DNA of 56,756 nt from NCBI RefSeq assembly GCF_001194135.2, contig NC_068993.1, positions 4,814,900 to 4,871,655 on the forward strand, in the 5' to 3' direction. The notes under the pieces are model-generated. The model made no database searches and was not told where the DNA came from. It was given only the letters and a program-made list of their open reading frames with translations. The DNA comes from Octopus bimaculoides (lineage: Eukaryota). Position 1 is the stretch's first letter; every line of letters begins with the position of its first letter. This document shows, one piece after another, positions 37,552 to 50,040 of the stretch. A program made the translations under genes and the position numbers.

Positions 37552-39489
37552 TAAAGAAGGATGGGGAGGTTGAGGAGGAGGAAGAGGGGATGATGATGAC
37601 AATAATGATGATGATATGATGATGACAATGGGACAGCTATGACAAGGACAAAGGTGACATAGAGGATTATGAATACGATGGTGCTGGTGGTGGTTGTGAT
37701 GATGATGATGATGACGATGACGACAACTACAACGATGATGACGATGATGATGATGATGATGATGATGATAGCATTCATGATAATGGCGTGTAGCTATTAT
37801 TGTTTGTAGGTGATGGGTGCTGATGAGTGGTGGTGGTGGTGGTGGTGGTGGTGGTGGTGGTGGTGGTGGTGGTGATGGTGGTGGTAATAGTGGCGATGGT
37901 ATTAGTGGTGGTGCTGATGCAAGTGGTGCTGTTGATGGTTTTAGGTTAAGACAGGTAAAAGAAAGACAAAAAGAACAAGGATACAACTCATTAACTCAGT
38001 AAACCTCTCTACACCTCTTCCTTCCCACTACACTGGTAAACACAATATAATGGTCGCTGGATAGTTGTATTTTTCTTGCAGGAATTGATTAAACACAGGT
38101 GAGAAGTAGCTTAGTGGCTAGATTTACAGAGGCAGGTAAATGTCAAGAGAATTCTCAAATGATAAGGAGAGAGATTTTTCTGGGGATTTTTTTTCACCAA
38201 TATTTCAAAACCAACAAAGAACAGCTTATTATTCTGTTACTGATGAAGCAAAGGCAGGAATTCTCGATTCTGGATAAAACACTTTGTGTAATGAGTGATG
38301 GCACTTATTATTCTGAGAATCTATTCTGCAGTTCATCAAAAAAGAGGAATCGATTCTTCACGCATTCCAGTCTAAGTTTAAGAAGAAGAAAAAGACAAGT
38401 TTTATTTCAGTTTTCACGCAGTTATTGATTAATTTTGATTCAGAATCTGGAGTGATGACACTAAAAATTATGAAGTATTTCAGACTAGAACCATTTTAAC
38501 CAATTTCTTTTCTTCTTTCTTTTTCCTTTCTTTCTTTATTTTTTGCATGTTTTTTTGTTTTTTTTTTTTGCATTTTTTCATACCCTATTATTGAAAGACA
38601 ACAGCTTATAAAAGACAATCTAGCAAGTATGAGAGAATTTTTTATTTTTGAAATTTTCCTCAATTCTACAAACTATAACATTTGGTCGGTGGAGGGGAAA
38701 GAATTTCCTTAATTCTTTATATTGATCTTTATTTTTAATTGTATTCTTTTGTCAGCAGAATTTTTTAGGGAAAAAAGGGGATCATTTTAGAAAAGAACTC
38801 TTTTTAAAAAAAATAAATGAAGGCTTGTCTTGTATTCTTACAATCCAGTACTCTTCAGATTATTGAAAGAATGTTGCATAAAGAATATTATAGAGTTTTT
38901 GATTGCTAGACAGTCTGACAGCTCAAGAAAAAGACAAACAGTACAAGAACTATGAAGAATTTCCCTTAAGAAAACGGTTTAGCCAAAGCAGAGAATTTCT
39001 ACTTTGACCAAATAAGAAAAAATATGTGAAAAAAACTGATTTTTTCGTGTATCTTGTCTTTTCTTCCCAGAGTGGACCTTATTTATCCATAAACAGTGAA
39101 CAATCGATGAACTGGATGTGTCATCCAAGAATTAGCATCGCTGCAAAAACAGCTGGAATTCAAAGACACCAGATGGTGCTTCCATAAGAAGTAGTGGTTT
39201 AATTGATACACATCAGTTAATATCAGATGGAATCAATGTGTCTGTTTAAGTTGACATCAGTAAATGATTTATTCCACTCAAAAATTAATGTACACTGGTC
39301 TGTTGACAGTAACCACATGGACATTTTGGTTTGAGCACAACTTTAATCCAAGAATCACCATAACCACCAGCACCACCAACACCATTATCATCATCACCAC
39401 CATCATCGTCATCGCCATCGTCATCGTCGTCGTCATCATCATCATCATCTTCATCATCAACATCACCACCACAAATATCGTCACCATCA

Positions 39490-39520
<31 letters not shown>

Positions 39521-40475
39521 TATCATCATCATCATCATCATCGGCATCATTTTCATCATCGCCATCTCTACCACAAACATTATCATCACCATCATGCTCA
39601 TCATCATCATTATCACCATCATCATCATCATTATCATGACAATTATGATGGTGATGATGATGATGATGATTTAGAGTGCTGTAGAAGCCAATTTAATGCT
39701 CATAAATTTTAACAACAAAACCTTATATGGACATCTAAGGGTCATAAATACTCCCAAGAATTCGTATGGAACCCCAAGGGCCATATGGACCTTGGTCAAG
39801 AATCTGTTATTTCTGGCTTGGTCTGCTAAGACTGCCTAGATCTGTAGTTCTAATTGCTGGTTGCATGGGAAAGATGCTGTCCAACACGAAACTCATCCTC
39901 CACCTGCTGTTCACCAACTTAAACATGCACCTGTCACCTGTAATCCCCATCGTACACTTGCTAACCACCTCCCTCATCATGCACCCACCACTCATCACCT
40001 GGTTACCACCGGCCTCCTTATGCACCTTCTTCATACCACTCTTACCAATCCCCTTGCCACCCTCCCCTATCAAACACTTGCGGCCCCCGTTACCCTCGTC
40101 AAATTCCTGACCCCTGACCCCTTCACCAACACTTATCATATCCCTACTAACCACCTCCGCTCCAAGTGGGTATGGATATCTTTTGCAGTGATCAGTTATT
40201 CTCAAATTAAGCTTCTGTAGAATCAAGAGACTTTTATCGGGGTTTGTAATTAGCAAATACTAGTTAACGAGAAGAGGATAGTGTTAATGGCTTTTCACAA
40301 AGAGATGAACTGAAGATGTTATGAAAGAGACGATGAGAAGATGGTTAATTTCCTGAAGTGGTACTTAATAGGTGATAGAACAGAAGATATTCGCAACTAT
40401 CCAAGAATTAGGGAAGACTATCTTTGAAGTTCTGAGAATACTAAGCAAGAAATGAACAAATTAATGATAATTAAT

Positions 40476-40648
40476 CATCATCATCATCATCATCGTTTAA
40501 TGTCAGTTTTCCATGCTGGCATGGGGTGGACAGTTTGACTGAGGGCTGGAGAGCCAGCGGCTGGACCAGGCTCCAATCTGATCAGGCAATGTTTCTACAG
40601 CTGGATGCCCTTCCTAATGCCAACCACTCTGAGAGTGTAGTGGATGCT
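40476..40648 (-). mobile_element. Family C retroposon 3' part
   Basis: (CAT)n CGTTTAATGTCAGTTTTCCATGCTGGCATGG..CAGCTGGATGCCCTTCCTAATGCCAACCAC. Confidence 0.85.
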
Positions 40649-40659
40649 AAGTTACATTC

Positions 40660-40848
40660 AAGGTGATGAGAAGGCAGAATCGTTAGCATTCAGGTAAGAG
40701 GCTTGATGGTATTTTGTCTACCTTTACTTTCTGAGTTCAAATTCTGCCATGGTTGACTTAGCCTTTCACCCTTTTGGGGTTGATGAAATCAACTAGCTCC
40801 TCCCTCAAAATTTCAGGCCTCGTGCCTTTAGTAGAAAGGATTATTATG
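40660..40848 (+). mobile_element. SINE family B, internally deleted
   Basis: Aligns with 5211-5432; followed by (ATT)n. Confidence 0.8.
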
Positions 40849-40861
40849 ATTATTATTATTG

Positions 40862-40914
<53 letters not shown>

Positions 40915-40937
40915 GTTGTTGTTATTATTATTATTGG

Positions 40938-40985
<48 letters not shown>

Positions 40986-41000
40986 CATTGTTATTGTAAT

Positions 41001-41192
41001 GAGCTGGCAGAATTGTCAGCACACCAGTCAAAATACTCAGTGGTATTTCATCTGTCTTCATGTTCTGAGTTCAAATTCCGTCATCGTTGACCTTGCCTTT
41101 CTTCCTTTCAGAATCAACAAAATAAGTACCAGTTGAACACTGGGGTCGATTTAATCAACTTACCCCCTCCTCCAAATTTGCTGGCCTTGTTC
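41001..41192 (+). mobile_element. SINE family B
   Basis: GAGCTGGCAGAATTGTCAGCAC..CTGGGGTCGATTTAATCAACTTACCCCCTCC. Confidence 0.8.
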
Positions 41193-41299
41193 TCAACATA
41201 CAACCAGCTCGGCTAGTTCCCTGTCTTAACCTGCTTAGACATATTAAGAATAAATATGCTAACACACATTAAGCATTTATAGAATCCTGCAACGTCAAC

Positions 41300-42400
41300 A
41301 CTATACATCACTTACATCACAGAGTAAACCATTCTAATATTCACGATGTATGTTATCATTGTGTTAATTTTCTTCGTTATTAGTGATGATAATTATAATT
41401 TACTCATTAGATACTGATTCTTCATTATCATAGTCATACAGATATCCATCTTCTATCCAATCAAATGAATTTGTAATACTGTATTTCTTGAATGATTTGA
41501 TAATGATACAAGCTTTTATATTTCCTCTGATCAATTAACAATCCATTCACAAATCAGAGGCACTGATGAAGCCTACACGGTACCTTATTCTATGTGTAAT
41601 TCTTCTCACATATCCATTCACTGCATTTTATCATCATTCACTCCTTAAATGGCTTACTGATATTTGGCATTTAATGGTTGCAAATCCCCTGTAAGCCTTC
41701 CAGAAATTATCTTTATATCAATGCTTTATAATCAAACATTATTATCAACAATCTTCATTAGATGGTACCTCAACTGATAGCACCTCCCAGGTAAACACAT
41801 TCGCTTAATTTTGTAATTCATCATGTTATAATTTCAAACTTCTTTAGTCTGTTTTCTAACACTATCTTCCTCCAGCTAGTCTAATACTTGTACACACATA
41901 AGCATTCCTTTCTGAAATTTCTCCTCAGATATCAGTCTTTCCTTAAATCCAACCATCTGATTTAATTTAGTATCTTTTACCATAAAAAACACTGTACTAG
42001 ATGTATTCATCTTAGCAAATTTCTGTTATTGAATCGGAAAATGTATCCATCCCCCCATTAGATTAGATACATATTTTAACACACCTTTCTTCTATTTGAC
42101 AATCCTCACTAGGCATAGTTTTTTGTTTTGTTTTTTAGATATAATCATTCAAAATTAACAATATTCTTCATTAATGGATTAAGCAGACATAACTTTTATC
42201 CGACTTTTCCCTAACATTTTCATCTCATTTCTTGTCAGTTTCCTCGTTTCCTTTTTCTCTCATTTCCTTATAGAGTAGCCATGTCATTTGAACCTGAATG
42301 ATTGCTAGATCATGCATAGTACAGTGTATAAGCTTGTCTGATTACAACACTATCCCAGCATGAAGCTTGAAGAAGCTCATATATAATTCCTGTGTTCATT
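41300..42400 (-). mobile_element. Highly degenerate RTE-like ORF2 remnant
   Basis: Only scattered motifs, e.g. ECVYLGGAIS near 41785-41815, resembling the RT FxYLGS motif. Many stops; boundaries uncertain. Confidence 0.35.
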
Positions 42401-42860
42401 AAATGATACTTATCTTTTACATGATTGTGTACAATTTTGTCGATCCTGTGAGCAAGTGAACAGTACACTATACCTAACTATCTATCTATCTATCTATCTA
42501 TCTATCTGTCTGTCTGTCTGTCTGTCTATCTATTTCTCTATCTATCTATGTATCTATCTATTCAACATCTATCTCTCTATTTCTCTATTTTTCTATCATA
42601 TATATANNNNNNNNNNTATATACACACACTTGCACTTGTTTCGTTGTAAACTCAACTGAAGCAAATAAAATGAAGTTTATCTTCCACCAGAATACAACAA
42701 AGAGCTTATAGAGTGAGATGCAAATTCAACAAACAACGAATGGGGGAAATCCAAAACTTTATCCATCAAAATTTTACCTTGATGTATGAGAGCATCAAAT
42801 AAAGATGATGATGATGATGATGATGATGACGATGACGATGATGCTGCTGATGTTGCTGCT

Positions 42861-42907
<47 letters not shown>

Positions 42908-43227
42908 CATCGATAACGGTGACGATGATGATGAAGATGATGATGATGACGATGATGATGATGATGATGATGATGATAATAATGATAATAATAATGATGC
43001 TTTTATTTGCCATGAGGGCGAAAGTTGTGGGGGACAATACAGAGACAGACATAGAGTGTGGGGTTTACATATAATAATGAAATGATAAATAAAAAAATTT
43101 TGGGAAAGTAAAATAAAAAAAATTAAAATTTTAAAAATATACACTGGGAAAGAGGGGACATATGCATAGCATACAGAAGTACAAAAAAAATGATTGGAGG
43201 TAGGATGATATAGATGTGGCCCTCCTG

Positions 43228-43287
<60 letters not shown>

Positions 43288-43382
43288 GTAATAATAATAA
43301 TAATGAAAGAGTCTGCTGACAGTGGACAACTGACAGTTTTCATCATGCCCAGCAAGATAAAGCTGAGATTTTTCGTGATATG

Positions 43383-43446
<64 letters not shown>

Positions 43447-43519
43447 CGACGATGATGATGATATCAATAGCAACAACAGCAACAACAACAATAACTTATA
43501 ATAATAATAATTATAATTT

Positions 43520-43561
<42 letters not shown>

Positions 43562-43957
43562 GCAATAATTATAATAATCATAGAAAAAAAATTATAATAA
43601 AATATAAAAATTTATTCAGAAATTCTAACATACACACTATATTTCATGCTAGTAGTTCTTTGAAATCTCTGCCTGTATTTATCATTGTTGACTTGATGCT
43701 GAAGCAAATAAATGGCACAAAGTCAGGAATTTTACCAAAAAACAATATTTTGGTGTAGATTGAACGACATATGGTAAAGAACAAAAGGAGGGTTTTTCTT
43801 GTTTCGATTTTTTTGTTTATTTACCATTTTTTTTTTTCAAAAGACAGCTGGCTTAAGTTCTATTTATTTATATTAAAATGTGTACGAAAATCAATATATA
43901 TATATTTGTGTGTGTGTGCGTATATGTATGTGTGTGAATATATACACACATACTTTA

Positions 43958-44007
<50 letters not shown>

Positions 44008-44365
44008 NNNNNNNNNNNNNNNNNNNNNNNNNNNNNNNNNNNNNNNNNNNNNNNNNNNNNNNNNNNNNNNNNNNNNNNNNNNNNNNNNNNNNNNNNNNNN
44101 NNNNNNNNNNNNNNNNNNNNNNNNNNNNNNNNNNNNNNNNNNNNNNNNNNNNNNNNNNNNNNNNNNNNNNNNNNNNNNNNNNNNNNNNNNNNNNNNNNNN
44201 NNNNNNNNNNNNNNNNNNNNNNNNNNNNNNNNNNNNNNNNNNNNNNNNNNNNNNNNNNNNNNNNNNNNNNNNNNNNNNNNNNNNNNNNNNNNNNNNNNNN
44301 NNNNNNNNNNNNNNNNNNNNNNNNNNNNNNNNNNNNNNNNNNNNNNNNNNNNNNNNNNNNNNNNN

Positions 44366-44428
<63 letters not shown>

Positions 44429-44783
44429 TAATGTATGTGTTTATGCTTGTATTAATGTATGTTTATGCATGTATTGATGTATGTGTTTACGTATGTGTGT
44501 TTGTATGCATGTGTGTATCTACATCTATGCAGGCCTAAATGTAATGCCCACACTCAAAGACATTTAAACCCTTCAACCTGCAAACATTAATGTTTCTACC
44601 AAAATCCTTGCATCTACTAAAAATGTTTATGTACATATCTCCAAGTGTTACATTTTGTTTATTGTGATAGCTCGCCTGTCTTTTCCTACTTCCATTGACC
44701 TCTCTTTTTCTCATGTGAAAATAAACCAATGCCTTTTGTTGTTTGTACCACTCCACACTGATCCCTCTCTCCCACTCCCCTAT

Positions 44784-44823
<40 letters not shown>

Positions 44824-45699
44824 CTCCCTATATAGCTGTCTTTCTCTCTTTAACTTATTACAGGTATCTTTGACCATAAGGTGATTGCAGTAAAACTGTT
44901 TACATTTGAGAACCGCCATCGGCTGCCATGTCTCATCTCCAAGTTAAAAACAAGTTGTGAATACGATTCAATTACAGCAAATATTTGTTGCTGTTTCTTT
45001 ATTTTCATTTTCCCTTTTTTTTTTATCTTCTTTTTTTTTACCATGAATGATCGGAGAGAGACAAACCCTTGAAATCTAAAACTATTAAGCATGTCTTGTA
45101 CACCCAATTGAGTTTATTTATTTTAGTTTTTTGCAGAAAAAGTATCCCTCCCTCGGTTTTGACTTCAGGCAACATCAGAGCAAAGTATAGCTGTATGTTT
45201 AGTTTGTAAGACAAGCTTGTTTTGAAACAAATGGTTCCATATTGTAACTGGTTGGAGAAACACTTTATTATTCTTATAATTTTTGTTTCTTTCTAATTTC
45301 TTTGCTTTAATCTTTTCTCTTTATTTTTGTTTTGCTTTTTTTCTTTTTTGTATTTTTTCTCTCTATTCTTAAATTACAAAAACACAAAACAATTGCAAAA
45401 AATAAAAGATTTCCAAAAATACAAAACAGTTCTAAAAAAAAATTACAAAACCCATGAAATTGCAAAAATACAAAAATATTTACACAAAAAAAAACAAACT
45501 CAGAATTACAAAAATGCAAACGAAAAATGAATATATTTTCACAGAAATGATTAAAAGTTTTGTTTTTCATTTCATTTGAAATATTGATTTCACATGACAC
45601 AAGTCAAGTCATTTGTATAGTTGGTATTTTAATATAGACCGAGTGTATATAACTGGTACATATTTTGGTACCCTATAGTAAGATTTATAATTTAGTTAT

Positions 45700-45880
45700 T
45701 TCTACAATTGGCATGAGGTTTGAAATTTCAGCGGGGAAAGATAATTAATGACATCAACCCTAATATTTAACGGGTATATATTTTATCAACCCCAATAAAG
45801 ATAAAAAGCAAAGTTGACCTCCTGTGGAATTTGAACTCAGAAGATAAGGCCAGAAAAAATGCTGCTAAGCATTCTGTCCA
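45700..45880 (-). mobile_element. SINE family B, degenerate, interrupted; its 5' end resumes at ~46372-46396
   Basis: GGAATTTGAACTCAGAAG..GCTAAGCATTCTGTCC, then after the inserts CATGTTAAAAATTCTGCTAGTTTGC, matching the B head. Confidence 0.6.
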
Positions 45881-45894
45881 GTATCTTCTTTTAT

Positions 45895-46146
45895 ACAGTT
45901 CTATATTTAAGGGATGAGGAATTATGTACATCATTTACATTATTTACATTTGACAGATATTTGTCCTCATTTTGTTTGTTGTTATCACAACATTTCGGCT
46001 GATATACCCTCCAGCCTTCATCAGGTGTCTTGTTCGTAAATTTCGAATGTTGTGTTAACAACAAACAAGATGAGGACAAATATCTGTCAAATGTAAATAA
46101 TGTAAACAATGTAAATAATGTAAATAATGTAAATAATGTAAATAAT
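45895..46146. mobile_element. Family D tail-out inverted insertion with 14-bp TSD
   Basis: Minus arm 45895-46046 (ribozyme plus tail), plus arm ~46047-46146 (from TGTTGTGTTAAC to the (GTAAATAAT)n tail). GTATCTTCTTTTAT occurs at 45881-45894 and 46147-46160. Confidence 0.85.
45984..46029 (-). ncRNA. Minimal type-I hammerhead ribozyme motif, family D copy
   Basis: Minus strand GACAC-CTGATGA-A-GGCTG-GAGGGTATAT-CAGCC-GAAA-TGTT-GTGAT. Core intact; C15.2 is changed to T (CpG-type change) and helix I has one mismatch. Confidence 0.7.
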
Positions 46147-46352
46147 GTATCTTCTTTTATTTTTTACTTGTTTCAGTCATTTGGCTGTGACCATGCTGGG
46201 GCACTGCCTTGAAAGGTTTCAGTCAAACAAATCGACCCAAGGACGTTTTTAAAGCTTGGTACTTATCTAGCCATTCTCTTTTGCTGAACCACTAAGTTAT
46301 GAGGATGTAAACAAACCAACATCGTCATCAAGTAGTGGTGAGGTGCAAACAC
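46147..46352 (-). mobile_element. SINE family A 3' half
   Basis: TTACTTGTTTCAGTCATTTGGCTGTGACCATGCTGG..CTTTTGCTGAACCACTAAGTTA. Confidence 0.8.
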
Positions 46353-47562
46353 ATGCACAAAGATGCATGCACATGTTAAAAATTCTGCTAGTTTGCTTTC
46401 TTAAATTTGTACAATATTGTAATAGGAAATGTTTTATTTTTCATAACGATATTGCTGAAATGGATATGATTAGAAAAAAACTAATAACACGAAACAAAAA
46501 TATTTAGAAAAAATATGCCAGAACCCATCCCCTTTTCATCTGGTCCCCAAAATATGAAACCCTCAAGGCATAGCACTTATCATGTGTAAAGATATTTTGA
46601 ATGACATAAGCTCTGAATATACTTTCTGAACAATGATCTCTCGATGCTTAAATACACTACATCTCTACACTCCCCATACACAACACAAACTCCACTCATA
46701 CAATTGCATGTCTTATTTACAAATCATATCTTAGATAGAAATCACTAAAACAACATGAGAAGCAGCAAAACCAAACTTCACAACACAACAAATTAGATGA
46801 AGCATCTGAATACCTTCTCACTGGTCTCCACTCAAACTAAAAGACAATACTATATGCACTTTAAGAATGTAAAATGCACCTGGTGTGATGCATTTGAAAC
46901 ATGCATGAAGATTCTTAATATACTAAATAACAATATCAAAAATGAGGCTAACTTTTAATATTTTTGATAAAAATAAATGAATATTGTACATATTTTCTTT
47001 TTTCATAACTGTATACCTACTTTTGCACCACCACCTCACCGTATANNNNNNNNNNNNNNNNNNNNNNNNNNNNNNNNNNNNNNNNNNNNNNNNNNNNNNN
47101 NNNNNNNNNNNNNNNNNNNNNNNNNNNNNNNNNNNNNNNNNNNNNNNNNNNNNNNNNNNNNNNNNNNNNNNNNNNNNNNNNNNNNNNNNNNNNNNNNNNN
47201 NNNNNNNNNNNNNNNNNNNNNNNNNNNNNNNNNNNNNNNNNNNNNNNNNNNNNNNNNNNNNNNNNNNNNNNNNNNNNNNNNNNNNNNNNNNNNNNNNNNN
47301 NNNNNNNNNNNNNNNNNNNNNNNNNNNNNNNNNNNNNNNNNNNNNNNNNNNNNNNNNNNNNNNNNNNNNNNNNNNNNNNNNNNNNNNNNNNNNNNNNNNN
47401 NNNNNNNNNNNNNNNNNNNNNNNNNNNNNNNNNNNNNNNNNNNNNNNNNNNNNNNNNNNNNNNNNNNNNNNNNNNNNNNNNNNNNNNNNNNNNNNNNNNN
47501 NNNNNNNNNNNNNNNNNNNNNNNNNNNNNNNNNNNNNNNNNATATATATATATATATATACA

Positions 47563-47700
47563 AAAGGCTTCTTTCAGTTTCCATCTACCAAATCCAGCCA
47601 CACAGCTTTGGTGAACCTGAGGATAAAGAAAACACTTTCACATGGTATTACGCAATGGGTCTGAACTCAAAGCCACATACTTGAGAACCACACAGACATG
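47563..47700 (-). mobile_element. SINE family A head, degenerate
   Basis: AGGCTTCTTTCAGTTTCCATCTACCAAATCC..CCACACAG. Confidence 0.65.
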
Positions 47701-48650
47701 TCAGCACCTATCAACGTATGAAAATTCTTGCAAAGTTTTCAGAGAGAACCAGCTGTCGAACATTGTCCTACTCACAAATTCATAATTCCAATTTATCAAG
47801 AAACTCACTGATATTTTACTAAGCTGTTTCGTATTCCCTCCAAACATGAATCATGTACTTTTACAAGAAATAAACTCAGCATAAAGTAAATAAGCCATAT
47901 ATTATCTTATTTTATTTCAATTAATAATTTCTTTTACATACTTTATTTTATTTTTATTATGTTTCTTCCCCCCTCCTTGCGCCCTTTTTCCTCCACCTCG
48001 TCATAAGTAATTGGAGCATAAATAATACACTAGCTCATATCGTATCTGTCATCACCATTGCAGCTGTAAGCAGTTCTCCTCATATATAATCTGACCACAC
48101 TTTCTTCATGGCAGAGATAAAAGTGCTTTTTATTGTATTGCTTTAAAGCTCTCAATAATCACGTGGTTAGCTACCATTTGTCTTTAGATTTTCTTACACA
48201 CACACATACAGAGATAAATACATGCATGTACATACACACGCACATATATACATAAGTATGCACATATAGGTATGTATATATATATATATATATATATNNN
48301 NNNNNNNNNNNNNNNNNNNNNNNNNNNNNNNNNNNNNNNNNNNNNNNNNNNNNNNNNNNNNNNNNNNNNNNNNNNNNNNNNNNNNNNNNNNNNNNNNNNN
48401 NNNNNNNNNNNNNNNNNNNNNNNNNNNNNNNNNNNNNNNNTATATATAAATGTATGTGTATGTATTTGCCTATTGAATATTCTCTTATCAAAATCCACAA
48501 ACCCATAACTTATTATGGTGCCAAGTCTATAGCATTACTATTTGCCAATGCTCTTTGTTCTGCAATTGATCTTCATATTTTTTTCTACAAGTAGATTTCA
48601 AAGAGTTTTGCACACTTTTGCTTAACTTTCTTTCCTTCACTTTTCTACCA

Positions 48651-48694
<44 letters not shown>

Positions 48695-49829
48695 CATACA
48701 CATGTACACACACATACATATATATATATATGTGTATGTGTGTGTGTTTGTGTATGTATGTATGTACGTATGTATGCTGTGATCTCTGGCTTGTTGGCAT
48801 TGTTCTTCTGATAGGGTCTGTAAAATCTAGATATTTGTAAGAGTTCTTTGAACAAATGTTTTAATGCCTGCAAAACATAACTTTGTACCATTTTATATTA
48901 AGGTAGCATCAGAATTTATTTTCTGTAAGTGTACGACACCGAAGCAAAGAAGCTAAAATGACTACTTTTCTGTTTCAATTTGTATTTGTTTTCGTTTTGT
49001 TTTTTTAATAATTTTTCGCCATAATATTTCCAGCAACCTTCCAAACCATGAGTAACATTCACAATTGGTTTGTCTGGATATTTTTCATATTTGTCAAAAT
49101 AAAATTAAGGGATATTTAATCTAACAGAAGGAGACAGGGGTTTGTTACTCTGGTTTCTTTGAAGCACCAGCGTACTGGAATTGCGCATAACAAACTATAT
49201 ATTTAACATGCACGATAAATAACACACTTGCTTTTAATTTTATTTTAAAAAACCATAAACATTTCCATAGCTGTTTCAGATCGTTAACATCTCTCACTCA
49301 TCATATTTTATTTCGATTCTGACATTAAAATATTTGAAATGGTGGTTCATTTATTTGTTTGCTTGTTCAACATCTGTTTTTCCACGCTAGCATGGGTTGG
49401 ATGGCAACCTACTCTCTGTCACTGCCCTTTACCATTTTGTAATTAATGGGTTTTATATTCCACAGATCTTCAAAAGCAGAGAGTGGCTTGTTGCAATGTC
49501 AGCAGAGAATATCCCCAACAAATCACCATCTTGCTCAAACATTCACACATGAGAGTGTGAGGTATCAACATTTATGGACATTTGCACATACACACATACA
49601 CACAATCACACACCCACACACATACATATACACGTGGAGTTCCCTAGTGGAGAATTAGTACAAGGGAGATACTTGTTTCTTCATAATATTTGGTGGGATT
49701 AGAAGTTTCAATCTGAAATTCTGAGATTATGAAATTATGAGATAAGAAAGATGCTTAGAATATACATGTTTTTTCTTTATTATCACGGGCTTAAGATGTT
49801 TAGTCTTTTCTAATCATGTAGAGTACTAT

Positions 49830-50040
49830 TTCTTCTTTTTTCTTCTATAGGAGCCATTTCCAGAATGTAAGCCATAGGCAATCATGTCCTGCCATTCTCT
49901 GTTCTTTGTTTTCTGTAACAGTTCCACTTTCTGATGTTTAATCTTTCTTTCATCCAACCAGTTCATCAAGCTTGATGTTTGTAGCACCCATCTTCCTCTG
50001 CTTCTTTTCCCTTCATCACTAAACTCTCTGTCAGTAAGCT
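49830..50040 (-). mobile_element. RTE-clade LINE 3' end
   Basis: Minus strand GKRSRGRWVLQTSSLMNWLDERKIKHQKVELLQKTKNREWQDMIAY resembles the RTE-1-type terminus (GKRxRGRQR..ELL..TxDR..WRxMIA), followed by a GAA-rich tail. Confidence 0.65.

Noticed and set aside
41560-41590. CTGATGA motifs here and at ~19524, ~32155 and ~38240 as hammerheads
   Set aside because: No correctly placed helix II plus GAAA downstream.
44855-44872. miR-993-like match (TACAGGTATCT)
   Set aside because: Only 11 nt at the 3' end, no seed match and no hairpin.
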